NCBI GenBank assembly: GCA_002429485.1
Contig: DIZX01000011.1
Coordinates: 55,258-119,257, forward strand
DNA: 64,000 bases
Source: Patescibacteria group bacterium UBA6017
Lineage (GTDB): Bacteria; Patescibacteriota; Saccharimonadia; UBA4664
Direction: 5' to 3'
Shown: in pieces, positions 26,600 to 37,800 of the stretch
Layout: the number at the start of each line of letters is the position of its first letter
How positions within the stretch are numbered: the stretch's first letter is position 1
Program-made: the position numbers and the translations under genes
The notes under the pieces: generated by a model
Told to the model about the DNA's origin: nothing
Databases searched by the model: none
The model's input: the letters and a program-made list of their open reading frames with translations, nothing else

Positions 26600-29500
26600 C
26601 TACTGCGCCGTATCCAGCAAACAGCCGTCCGTTACCACGCGGTTACAGCCCGTATTCGTAAACGACGCCCCGTGCCGCAACCGCCGCGTCGGGTTCGGAT
26701 GGTAGTAAATGTCGACGTCTTGAGCCACACTGACCGTATCCGGGAAGCCTCCGGTATTCGAATCGTCAATGATCAAGAAGAGATAGTAGTTGAACGCAAT
26801 ACCCACGTCCGTACCCGTGCCATCCAGTGCCTTCAAGAAGTAAAACTTGGTCGCGTAGGCCGGGCTAATGAATTGCGGCACACCCCAGGTAGTGGTTCCC
26901 ACAGCGGCCGTTCGCATGGTAATAACGTACTGACCGCTGCCATTCACCTGCACCAGCGACGGCGCAGTGTTGACCTCAGTGTTAAACATCTTGGAGTAGT
27001 GCCCGATGCGTGCTTGAGCCTTCTGCCCGGCATACTCCGCCCCATTGTTTGCTGTCGTACAAGCCGAACCGCTTAGCGTACAGCCTCCAACCTCATAAAA
27101 GAACCCGTCCGAGAAGACACCCCCGCCATGAGCGTGGTTTGAACCCGCAATCATGCCCGAGTTCGACGCCCGGTAGAGATTTCCAATCGTGCCGTTAGAA
27201 TTGATCGCGGCATAAAATACATCCAATCCCGAGCTCTCCGAACCAAAGAAGTACATGTACCCATTGGCCGCTGCGGCCTGCCTGAACCTCCCTTTCTGAT
27301 CTTGCTCATTGGTATATTTCCACGTACCGAGCGACCCATCGGTATTGATAGGCGCAAATTGCACATCACTCAAATTATTCGTGCCATCATACCCGCCTAT
27401 CACGTACAACTTTGAATTGTAGGCCAACACGCTCTGATCTTGCCTAGCGGTGGAAAAAGTACTGCCATCCGTAGTCCAACTCAGCAGCAATCCGTTTTCA
27501 CCAATCTCACTAAACATCACACTATTCTTCAGAGTCGCGCCGTTGATCCCCCCTGCCGCATATACCCGCCCGTTCATCAATGTCGCACCAAACCCATGTC
27601 GAGCCTCGGGCATCGACGTTTCGGTGCGCCAGGTACCGACATCGCCGGTAGCGCTCAGTGGCGCGGAAATGACGTCCGCGGTATCAGCAGCGGTAGACGA
27701 CGAACCCCCAATAAGGAATATCCTGCCTACGTAGGTTATCGCCGCCCCGGATATGCGCGCCTGACCCGACGACAACTGAGTGTCGCTACCGCTCGAAAAT
27801 GAACCAAGCGACCCGCTCGCGCTAATTGCCGCGTGCTCAACCTTCGTCGACCAGACCGTGCAAACGCCGGCGCTATAGGTAGTGCAGCCACCAACCACAT
27901 ACAGATTTCCGTTATATGCCACCGTCTGTGCATCGGCCCGGGCCGTTAGGGTACACGCGCCCGTACACCCTGAGGTGCTGGTCCAGGGGTTCGTATTGGC
28001 AGCCGTGGTTCCAAACAATCCGCTTCCGCCGTTCCGGACCACGAAGTACTCCGATGTCGCCAGGTAGCTACCCGTAGCACACGGCGGCACGCCGGTTCCG
28101 CTACACCCTCCGACCGTATATAGCCGGCCGTCATATGCAGCTACACCTGCTCCCCACCGCGCCGCGCTCAAGGTTTTTGAGCAAGTCGTCCAAACCCCCA
28201 CCGCTCCCGTCGATCCATCCAAAGCCGCACATGAAATCACGTTCGAAGGCGCATTGCCGGCGTTGTCCGTCATACCCCCGATGGAATAAATGACGTTGTT
28301 ATGAATCACTACCCCAATGAAAGTATGCGGCCCCGACGGCAAAGTGTTCGTCTCTGTCGTAACGCTCCCGACCGCTCCAGTCGTGCTGGTTAGCGGCGCG
28401 CGGTAGACATCAGTATAAGAGGTTGTCCCATTTCTTCCGCCAGCAATATACAGATATCCCGCATATGCCGCCGCTCCCAACCCCCGCTTGCCGGTGCTGC
28501 CAAAACTGTAAGTTCCACTGCCGCACCACAGCGTACTGCTAACGCCACAACTATTTGGATCAGCCAAACTTCCTCCCGAGATCTTGGTATACTGCACGTC
28601 GTTGTAATAGTTGGTGCCGTCATAGCCGCCCATCAGATAGATATAATTGCCCCACACGGCGCTAGCCAGATACGCCCGGCCGCTGATGAAGGCATGCGAG
28701 GCCGTATTGTCAGCCGACCAGCTCAGGTTACCATTGCTGGCCGTTTGGGTCGCCACCAACAAGGTATTGGCATAATTGTCCGCCGGGGCAGTCGTCTTCT
28801 GCAGCCCGCCAATGTAGTAAAGTTTGCCTCCATAACCCACCATCGTTCCGAATGTCCGCCCGGCGTTCATTCCCGTAGATGCCGGTAAAGTCCCCATGCC
28901 GGTAGTGGTCCAAGCACCCAGAGACCCGTCATCATTTATTTTGGCAGCGTCCACCGTAGCCACGTAGGTCCCACAGTTGGTACCATTGCAACCTCCGGCG
29001 GCGTATAGGTAACCGTTGTAGGCGGTGGTTGCAACTCCGGCCCTGGCCGCTGTCACGCTGCCGCCGTTGTTGGCCGTGGGGCTGGTAGTGTCGCCGGGAG
29101 TGGTATTGATAATTGCGTACTGCGAATCCCCGAGGGCAGTCGTACAGTTGTTGGCGTTGGTCGGCTCTGCGGTACACCCGGCTATCGAATATATAACACC
29201 GTTATATGACGCCACACCATTGAATAATCGCGCTGTCGTGAAGCTCGTCGACGTATCCCATGCACCAATCGTCCCATCGGCATTAATGACCGCGTAGTAG
29301 GTGCTGTTTAGTAAGCCCGAACAGGCAGGCGCCGTGGTACACCCACCCACGATATAGAGGTGGCCCTGTTCGGCTACTACTCCCCCATTGCGCCATCCGG
29401 CAGCCAACACCGCCGTAATAGCCGTTGTAGTGCCCCAAGTACCTAGCGTGTAATCCGGCGCGATAGACACATACTGCACATCGGTCAGCGCGCTCGTGCC

Positions 29501-31201
29501 GTTGTAACCGCCCACTATATATATGTATCCGTTGTACGCAGCCATCCCGAACCTGTTGCGCGCGGTCGTAAAACTCGAAGCGGTGCACCAGTTGGTGGCT
29601 GTCCCCGACAGGGTGCAGCTGGTAGTCGGACGCTGAAGCGTCCCATCCGAGTTTATTTGAGTGTACTCGCACGTAGCAATGAGGCTAGCATCCTTCTTGA
29701 CGGTCGCCCCTCCGCACATATATATGAAGCCGTTGTAGGTCACTCCCCCGCCAAACGTATGATTCGTTCCGGTGTAGTATGTTGAGCTATTCGTCCAGGC
29801 CGTGGTCACATCACCCGTTGCCGAAACGGGCGCAAACTCAACGTTTTTATACTGCGTGTTACCCGTTGAATCCTCACCGTTCATCACATAAAGATAGCCG
29901 TTGAAGCCCACCACAGTAGACCCGATGCGCCCCTGAGCAAATGTCGCTGTAGTCGGGGTCCACGTCCCAAGCGTCCCATTGGAGTTCAAAGCTGCGTAGC
30001 AAACAAACCGGCCGGCACCATTTCCTCCCCCCACCAGATACAGGAAGCCATTGTAGGCTGTGAGGCCGAAGTTGAAGTTAACACCGCCCGTCTCACCGCA
30101 ACCAGGAGCCGCCCCACCCGTGGTAGGCAAGTTCCCAGCCACAGCGGTGCCCCAGCTCCCCAGCAATCCAGCAGTAATTTTCGCCCGGTTCAGCTGGGCG
30201 TCTGTCCCGGCTGTAATCGTCACCGTAATGTTGTCCTCAACCTTGCCCAGCAAAAAATCCGATTGGGTTGTGATGATAAACGAGGGGTCAATGGAGAGCG
30301 GGTAAGAGGCTTTGGCTAGGCCTGTCGCCACCACACTCAAAGTATCGCCGCTCAACGCGAAATGCGCCTTCACTCCGTGCGCTTTTCCGTCCGCCTGCTT
30401 CACCACCGGTGCCGGAATCTCAAACATCAAAAAGTTCTTCTCGGCGTTCTTGCGGGCATTCTCTACCCGGGCCCGGTCAGCGTCGGTACTGAAGCTGATA
30501 TTGCCAAGCAACGCCGGATCCACAGAGTAGACCCCTACCGCCCCGTTGGCAGTCATCCGCGCTTCCAGGCCATCCTCCAGGTTCAGCGCGTAATCATACT
30601 GCACCCTGTCCGCCGGGGCATGGTCTAGCAGGATGTCTTCCTTGATACCGTTACCCTTGGGCGTCAATGCCAGCACGCCCGCGTCAGCCTTTAGCGGATA
30701 TACCACCCTACCTTTAACCTTCCGGCCCTCGTCCAAGCCAAATTTCGGACTCATGGTAGCCGATATTTTATGCGTGGTATCGGTAACCCGAATGCCAGAG
30801 CTCGCCTGGACCGGCATCTTAGCTGAATATAATTGCTTGCCTTCGCCCACCCCGACACGCGAGACCCGGTCATCACCCCCCAACGGCTGACCATCCCGGT
30901 TGAAGTACACCGCCTTGTCCTTCTGGTCGTAAGTCAGCATATCTCCGAGCCGCGAACTCACATGGCTCATCACTCCGGCCTGATCAGCATTCAACCGGTA
31001 ACGCGCCTCGCTTGCCAGGTGTTCCAGCGTCGGTACGACCACGCCAGCCAGTAGCACACCGATCGTCACCGCGTGCAGGGGCTTGCGCACATCCACCAGC
31101 CGCAGCTTCCGCTCAACCCAAAGCGGCCACCGGCGGATTTTTCGCCGAGTAGCCAAGAGTAAATGCGTAACCAAACCGGCCAGCTTGCGCCTAGGTATCA
31201 C
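26600..31201 (-). CDS. giant membrane-anchored Kelch-repeat / beta-propeller protein (1533 aa)
   Basis: N-terminal transmembrane segment. About 20 Kelch-like repeats (YNGFLYLVGG, YNGYIYIVGG, GHLYIVGG, YNGNLYVVGG, SKLYVIGGYDGTN, GRVYAAGGINGAT ...). Confidence 0.75.
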   Translation of the reverse strand: MIPRRKLAGLVTHLLLATRRKIRRWPLWVERKLRLVDVRKPLHAVTIGVLLAGVVVPTLEHLASEARYRLNADQAGVMSHVSSRLGDMLTYDQKDKAVYFNRDGQPLGGDDRVSRVGVGEGKQLYSAKMPVQASSGIRVTDTTHKISATMSPKFGLDEGRKVKGRVVYPLKADAGVLALTPKGNGIKEDILLDHAPADRVQYDYALNLEDGLEARMTANGAVGVYSVDPALLGNISFSTDADRARVENARKNAEKNFLMFEIPAPVVKQADGKAHGVKAHFALSGDTLSVVATGLAKASYPLSIDPSFIITTQSDFLLGKVEDNITVTITAGTDAQLNRAKITAGLLGSWGTAVAGNLPTTGGAAPGCGETGGVNFNFGLTAYNGFLYLVGGGNGAGRFVCYAALNSNGTLGTWTPTTATFAQGRIGSTVVGFNGYLYVMNGEDSTGNTQYKNVEFAPVSATGDVTTAWTNSSTYYTGTNHTFGGGVTYNGFIYMCGGATVKKDASLIATCEYTQINSDGTLQRPTTSCTLSGTATNWCTASSFTTARNRFGMAAYNGYIYIVGGYNGTSALTDVQYVSIAPDYTLGTWGTTTAITAVLAAGWRNGGVVAEQGHLYIVGGCTTAPACSGLLNSTYYAVINADGTIGAWDTSTSFTTARLFNGVASYNGVIYSIAGCTAEPTNANNCTTALGDSQYAIINTTPGDTTSPTANNGGSVTAARAGVATTAYNGYLYAAGGCNGTNCGTYVATVDAAKINDDGSLGAWTTTGMGTLPASTGMNAGRTFGTMVGYGGKLYYIGGLQKTTAPADNYANTLLVATQTASNGNLSWSADNTASHAFISGRAYLASAVWGNYIYLMGGYDGTNYYNDVQYTKISGGSLADPNSCGVSSTLWCGSGTYSFGSTGKRGLGAAAYAGYLYIAGGRNGTTSYTDVYRAPLTSTTGAVGSVTTETNTLPSGPHTFIGVVIHNNVIYSIGGMTDNAGNAPSNVISCAALDGSTGAVGVWTTCSKTLSAARWGAGVAAYDGRLYTVGGCSGTGVPPCATGSYLATSEYFVVRNGGSGLFGTTAANTNPWTSTSGCTGACTLTARADAQTVAYNGNLYVVGGCTTYSAGVCTVWSTKVEHAAISASGSLGSFSSGSDTQLSSGQARISGAAITYVGRIFLIGGSSSTAADTADVISAPLSATGDVGTWRTETSMPEARHGFGATLMNGRVYAAGGINGATLKNSVMFSEIGENGLLLSWTTDGSTFSTARQDQSVLAYNSKLYVIGGYDGTNNLSDVQFAPINTDGSLGTWKYTNEQDQKGRFRQAAAANGYMYFFGSESSGLDVFYAAINSNGTIGNLYRASNSGMIAGSNHAHGGGVFSDGFFYEVGGCTLSGSACTTANNGAEYAGQKAQARIGHYSKMFNTEVNTAPSLVQVNGSGQYVITMRTAAVGTTTWGVPQFISPAYATKFYFLKALDGTGTDVGIAFNYYLFLIIDDSNTGGFPDTVSVAQDVDIYYHPNPTRRLRHGASFTNTGCNRVVTDGCLLDTAQ

Positions 31202-31259
31202 TCACAACTCCTTTACCATAAGCTTAATGGTTTAGGCTCTCAGAATCAAACTGATTGCG

Positions 31260-31805
31260 CTACTTTGCGGCCACTTGCTCCATCGAGGACAATAGCTTGG
31301 CCCATTTGTCGTACGGCAAAATAGCGCCAGCCTGGCCGAACAGCAATATATCGCCGCTGGCATATATCACCGAGGTCGAGCCGTGCGCCGGTGCCCCATT
31401 CTGCAAGGCCGCCCGAAAGAAGGCTTTGCCCTCACCTACCGGCTCACTAAACGTCACGTTGGAAGCCACTATAAACTGGTTAAACTTGGCCGAGCTCGGC
31501 ACCGGCTTCAGCTCCTCCGGAGTCTTTTGCTGACTAATTGTAATGTTTGTGTTGCCATCTTTTAGTTTCACCTTGTAATTCACCACCCCTTTGGTTTGGT
31601 CAAACACGGGTGAGCTGGCATCAAACTCCCAGGCGGGATCCGACTTGGGTACCAAATAGATAAAACCGGCCTGGCTCGCCTCCTTCACCACCGTCAGTTT
31701 ATGGGTATTCTTAGCGCCCCCGGGCGTCACGATAGACAATGCTCGTTGGACCAACGTGGCGGCGCCCACCGCAAAAACTACCAGTACCAATGCGCTTGCC
31801 AACAC
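31260..31805 (-). CDS. small N-terminally membrane-anchored protein, partner of giant protein B
   Basis: N-terminal transmembrane segment MLASALVLVVFAVGAATLV. C-terminal YDKWAKLLSSME is homologous to the tail of the ORF at 10345..10833. Confidence 0.5.
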   Translation of the reverse strand: MLASALVLVVFAVGAATLVQRALSIVTPGGAKNTHKLTVVKEASQAGFIYLVPKSDPAWEFDASSPVFDQTKGVVNYKVKLKDGNTNITISQQKTPEELKPVPSSAKFNQFIVASNVTFSEPVGEGKAFFRAALQNGAPAHGSTSVIYASGDILLFGQAGAILPYDKWAKLLSSMEQVAAK

Positions 31806-31836
31806 GACCCATTTATTTGTATTAATCCTTAGCAGC

Positions 31837-34800
31837 TTACTTGCCCTTCATCGTGAATGTTATCTGGCTGGCGTAGGCGTAGGCATTGTTCTTGGAAGAC
31901 ATATCCACCCTGAAGGTCACAATGTCGTTGGGGGCAAAGGTACATGTGGTGGCTTCGTTTCCATTGTAGGCAACCGTCTGCCAGGTGTTGTTGGAGGTGG
32001 TGACCGTAGTTGTACCGGCAGGGTTGCCGCCGCACTCTGTGCCATCGTTCTGGAAGACAGCGTACGCAATGCTCGCGTCCGTCGTGGATGACACCCGGCC
32101 CACCATCTGGATGGTACTGTCACTCGCAAAGCCTCCGAACGTCGGCGGCAGCTGGTACTTCACAAAGATGCTGTAGGTTTGAGCCGTCACCTGGGAAGTA
32201 GTCCAGCGGTAGAAGTTGTATTCCTCAGTAGAGGCACAGATCGTGCCTTCTGTCGCTTGGATACTCATGCGACTCGAACCGGAGCAGATGTTGGCGGTCA
32301 CTGTACCAATGTGCGTGTCGGCGCCCAAGCCCGGGTTCAAAACGGCGCCGGCGTATTCTGGCTCCAAGATCAGGTTGCTATCTGGCGCCGCACCACATGA
32401 GCCCCAGCCGTCGATTTCATAGCATTGAATGCGGCCGAGCGTGGTGTCGTAGTACATCGAGCCGTACAGATCTTGGTTGACGGTGCCCGTAAAAGGCACG
32501 GCCGCAAAGGTGTCGAGCGTGAGTAGCGTTAGGCCCTGGCTCAGCGGCCCGCCCACCCGCAACGAGCCTGTGTTCTTGGTGCCGGTGGTGTTTTGCGCCA
32601 CCACCGCCAGGTTGTCGATGTAGATGTGGGCGATGGTCGATGCGTCAGTCTTACTAATTCGTAGGAAGTTGCCCGTGGTCTGACCCGACGCGCTAGTAGT
32701 GAAGTAACAGGTGTATTTGAAGAAGCCGGTGGAATTGACCGTGCCGTTGGTCGGCACGTTGCAGGTGGCGTCGAGGGTGGGAGTGGCATCTTTGTAGTAC
32801 TGCACCGCGATCGTCGGCGTCCCCGACGAAGACTTAATGTTGAAGCTCACGGCGTAGAGCCGGCTGCTAGTCAGGGCCGTAGCGCTAAGTGCGTTGTTGG
32901 CGCCCCCGGTACCCGTCCCGGTTATGGCTACATCAACCGAACCGATTCCCGAAGCTAGGTTAGCGGCAGTGACGTTCTGCGTTATGGAGGCGCTACCCGT
33001 ACCGGTGAAAGCCGTCCACCCCGTCACTCCGCCTACCTCCACGCCTCCGTTTGAAGCCAGGTTGAAACCGGTCGCAGTATTGGTGGTGTCGATGGAAATC
33101 ACCGGAGCGGCGGCGCTGTTACCCACTTGGAATACGTTAGCGTTGTCATCGCCCACACCCGCCTGGAACAGTATGTTCTTTGTGGTCGAGGTCGTAATGA
33201 TCGAGGCCGGCGCTGTCGAAGTGTTGTTATACACCTGCTGTAGTGAGCTGGCCGTGGTGGTGCCACTCCAGGCGGTGCCGTTCCAGACCAGCGTAGCGGT
33301 GTTGCCGGAGCTCATGTTCACGCCCGACATACCGGTGGCCGCCAGCGTAAATGCCACCGAGCTGGAACCCGCCGACACGTATACCACCCGACCGGCAATA
33401 GCATTAGTCGGCGAGGGCATGGTGATAGTAGCTCCGGTGAAAGCACCGGCCACGTTCATGACGACCGTGCCGTAGGTGTTGAGGTTGGTCAGCAATGCCG
33501 GATCAGTGCCCGAGTTAAATGCTTGATTATTGCCCGTCTGGGTAAACGTCTCGCTGACCGAGGTAAATACCGGGGAACCGATCTTCACCACACCAGGGAT
33601 ACCGTTGGTTCCGGTCTTAGCTCCGGCAGTCAAAGTGATGTTACCGCCGTCATTGTCATTACTCCCCGCCGCACTCCCCGCCTGCAGCGTGATATTGCCA
33701 CCGGGCCCGACGCCGTTGGCTGCCGACGAACCGCCGTTGGCCGCCGAGATCACCACGAAACCGCCTGCCCCGGTCGCCGAAGCCGCCCCGCCCGCCAGGG
33801 TCGTCATCCCGCCTGTACCCGTACCGGTAGAGGCGCCGCCCTGCACGGTCACGGCGCCGCCGGCTGTATTGCCCCCGCCGGCTGCCCCACCCTTGAGTGA
33901 TGCAGCGCCACCAACGCCGCTGGTCCCGCCGGCGCCGCCCACCAAAATCAGATTTCCGCCCGTCCCTGAGGTATTTCCAGCCGCCGATCGCACCGTGAGT
34001 GCGGCTCCGGCCGTGGCCACAGTTGTCTGATCGGCCACCGCTATTATCCGGTCGGCGCTCATGCCCAGCTGCAGATCTATTCCGCTCTGCAATGCTGGGT
34101 TCTGGGCCGTCCCACCCACGTTTACTCCCAGGCCGTAGCTGCTCACCGAAAATATTGAATTGCCCAAAGTATCACTCGTGTGCGCATCACGCACTCCAAA
34201 GATCTCTTGTCCTGCCGACATCCCTGAAGCGATCGCCGACTGCACCGTAAGTGCCTTATTTGCCGCGGTCTCGAGTATACTCGGCGCCGCCCCAGACGAA
34301 TTGTTGTAAGCGCCCTGCAAATTTGTCGAAACCGCCCCGCCGTTGGTCCAGTTTGTACCGTCGTACACAAACATCTGCGAATTACCAACCACCAAAGTTT
34401 GACCCAAAATGGTTATCGCGTTCGTAGAGGCAGATAGGTTATTGATGTAGATGATAGAGCCTGCGCCAGCCGTCGGTGATGCTATCGCAGATATTGTGGT
34501 GGCACCAGTATCGGTAATTGTAAATGCCGTACAGTCATTCACTGTCTTACCGGCGGTAGTCAAAGTGATTGTGCCCGACACCCCCGTGTATGCACAAACC
34601 ACGTTCTGTGTCGCGCCATTATTTTTAAACAGCGTAGCGCTCGCCACCGTTCCCACGGTTGTGCTGCCATTTATGGTCGTAGTGTTGGCAGTCTTTCCAA
34701 TCGACACCGCGTTGGCCGTGCTCGTGCCCAAGTTGAGCTGCGAAGCGCTAATGGTGTCGAACAAGGGGGCCGTAAAACTCGTGTTGGCCCGTCCAGTTAG

Positions 34801-37800
34801 GGTAATGCGGAAGCTTCCCGTCTGATCTGCCGAGCTCTGGTTTTGAATGCCGTTATTGTCAGCCCCCGCAAAAGTCCAAGTTCCTACGCCGTTAACATTG
34901 GCCCACACCAACGTGGCCGAACTCCCGGCCGAGACGGTGGAGCCCAATATGCTAAAGCTCGTGGTACCCGTGTTCGTTATATATACGATGCGCCCGTACG
35001 TTCCACTGGCGGACGGCGTTGGCGGAGTGAGCGTTTGGCTGCCGGTCAGCTGGTGAGCTGCGATATAGGTATAAATATCAACCGTAGCTGCAGCACCGCC
35101 TGCATCCCATCCGCCGCCCGACAAGTCGGCCATTGTGTAGACGCTGTTCACCGTTGAGCCGTTGTTCACGAGCGCCCCGCTGCCGGCGGCGTTGCCGATA
35201 AGGGCGGTGCCGTTGGTCTTCACGGTCGTGGTCGACTTGCCGAGCGTCACACTGGTGGCCGTGCCGGTGCCGATGCTGATGCCGACCGCCGAGTCGATAT
35301 TGCCGGCCATCGTCAGGTTGCCACTGGCGTCCACTGCAAACCTGCTGGTCGGCGCGGCACCGGCCTGCAGGTCGAGCAGGTTGCCCGACGGCGCGGCGTT
35401 GGTGTCGCTGGCAAATATTAAAGCGTTGCCGGCTGCCGGGTTCAGGGTGCTGGTCACTTTGAGCGCGTTACCGGTGCCGCCATTAGTCAGCGTCAGCACA
35501 TTGGCCGAAGAGCCGGAGTTGGTGTTGGTGAAGTCGTAGAAATCGCCCGCCACTCCCCCGCTCGAGGTCTCGGTGGCTGTCTGGTTCTTGGCCAAAAAGC
35601 CACCGGTGCTCGGCAACGCAGTACACGAACCGCCCACCACGAGGCCGCCGGACGCCTGGAACAAGCTCACGTACTGGCCCGCGCCACAGGCACCGAAGCT
35701 GCTGCCGCTCGTGCCGCCAACTGAGAATCCGGAGGTAGCATTGGCCACGCCCGCGGATGTCACCTTGAACTCCGAGTTGTTATTATTCTGCAGGTTGAGT
35801 AAATCGGCCGTGGTGGCGCCTGAAGTGTTGAGGCCGATATAAGTACCGTTGACGCTACCGCTCGAAATGGCGGCGCCGCCAATCTGGACTAGTGAGCTTG
35901 CATTGCTCACGGCCGGCGCCCCGCTGACTATCAGCTCAGCCGCGCCCGTGCCTGTGACCGAGAGTACGCTGGTGACCCCCAGCGTACCTGTGACACTCGA
36001 ATTGCCGGTGATACCTGCGCCGCCAGCGCTCACCGTGAGCGCACCGGCCTCGGTCACCGTTCCGGTGAAGTTCGCCGCGCTCGAAATCCGCTGGCCGTTG
36101 AGCGTGTCGGTGGTGCTCGTGCCGCCCGACTGAGTCGCGTTCCCGTTCATGTCCACTGCAAACCGGCTGGCCAGCGTGGCCGACTGCGTACTTTGCAGAT
36201 CGAGTAAGTTGCCCGTGGCGTTGTTTAGAGTGTTGCTCGCAAAGATCGTGGCGTTACCGGCGTTCAAGTTGGCCGCCGAGGTCACCGACAAGGCCGAGTT
36301 CAGCCCGGAGCCGTTACTAATCGTCAGTACGCTCGTACTACCCGAACCGCCGTTATTGAGCGTCAGCAGCGAGTGGCCGCTCGTGGTCACCGTGACGTTA
36401 TCGGTCTCCTCCACGCCTTTGCGGATGTAGCCGGTGCTCGAATCGCAAGAGCCGACCGCGTCAGTACAGATCAAGTAACTACCGGTTGTCACTGATCGGT
36501 CGAGATTATACGTCACCGCTCCGGTTGGGCTACCCGTAAAAGCCAAAGTAGTCGTAAAGCCGCCTCCGGTTGCGCTCAAAGAAGTTGAGGCATTACCTTG
36601 CAGTGTCAATTGCTGGCCAGTCGCCCCGATGGTGAGCGTGCCAGTGGGCGTAATCGTATTCGTCTGCAGCGTACCAACCACATTCAGCTGCCCGCTCACC
36701 GTCGCCTGTGAGTTGAGCGTATCCACCGCAAATTGGGTCACTCCGGCGGCATTTTGCACGCTCAACGCCGTCGTGGAGTTCTCGGTGTTTTGCAGCATGA
36801 TCGGCGAGCTCACTGCCGTATCAACCTGCAGCGTACCCGCGCCGTAAGCATTCGCAACGTTGCTCGTCTGCTCCAGCTGCACGCCGTCCAGGTAGAATGT
36901 GCGGGCTGCCCCGGCAGTCTGACGGATCACGATATAGGCGCTGGCGTTTCCGGCCGTGGCCGAGGAGGTGAACGTACACGTCACCCGCGTCCAGCCGCCA
37001 CTCACCACCGTCTGCGTATTGTAACTACTACAAGCCGTTTCTGTACCAGCCGTGCCGTCGCGCGAATAGGCCGCCGCAACGTCGGCAAATGCCGGGTCGC
37101 CGGTCTTAAGTTTGGCGTAGAAGCTCACCGTGTACGCCGTGCTCGCGCTCAGCGCCGCGCCCAAATTGTTCTGCGCGCCCCGGGTCGCCGTCGATGGCGC
37201 CACCACCACGCTCACCGACGCCGCCCCATTCCAAGCATTGCTGGTATTGCGCGCCACCGTCGTGTTGGTGCCATAGGCAGCCCACTCACTGCCAAATGCT
37301 ACTTCTGCGCCCGGGTTCAGGATTAGATTGGTGTCGTTCGTGCCCACCCCGAGCACCGCCGCACCCTGCCCGTTTTGAATCTGCAGAGCGGTCGCCGTAT
37401 TGCCCGCCGAGCTGGTACCGGTCCGAATAGCATCGCCGGTATTGCTCAATGTCTCGCTCAACGCTCCTGCCTTCGAAGTCACCGTGCTGCCCGAATTCGT
37501 CGATCCGGCCGTTATCGATTGGGCGTTCGTGGCATCAGTGCCAACCGCAATCGTGTGCGCCGCCGCGTTCGTACCAATGTTGATCGCGGTACCGCCCTGG
37601 TTGCCCAGGTTCAGATTGGCCGTAGCATATACCCCGAGATCACCCGCGCTCGTCCCCCACAATGAAGCCGCGGCCGCTGTTAGCGTCAGGGCCCCGGCCG
37701 AAGTCGTAAACGACGATGCCGCGTTTGCGCTCAGGCTCACTGCCCCGCCCGATTGCGTCACCGCACCACCCGCTACCGTCAACGACTTGCCGCTAAGTAT

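Noticed and set aside
26579-27076. 165-aa plus-strand ORF and other ORFs overlapping the Kelch giant gene
   Set aside because: Arg-rich antisense ORFs within the 4.6-kb minus-strand gene. The Kelch frame is continuous with a clear repeat structure.
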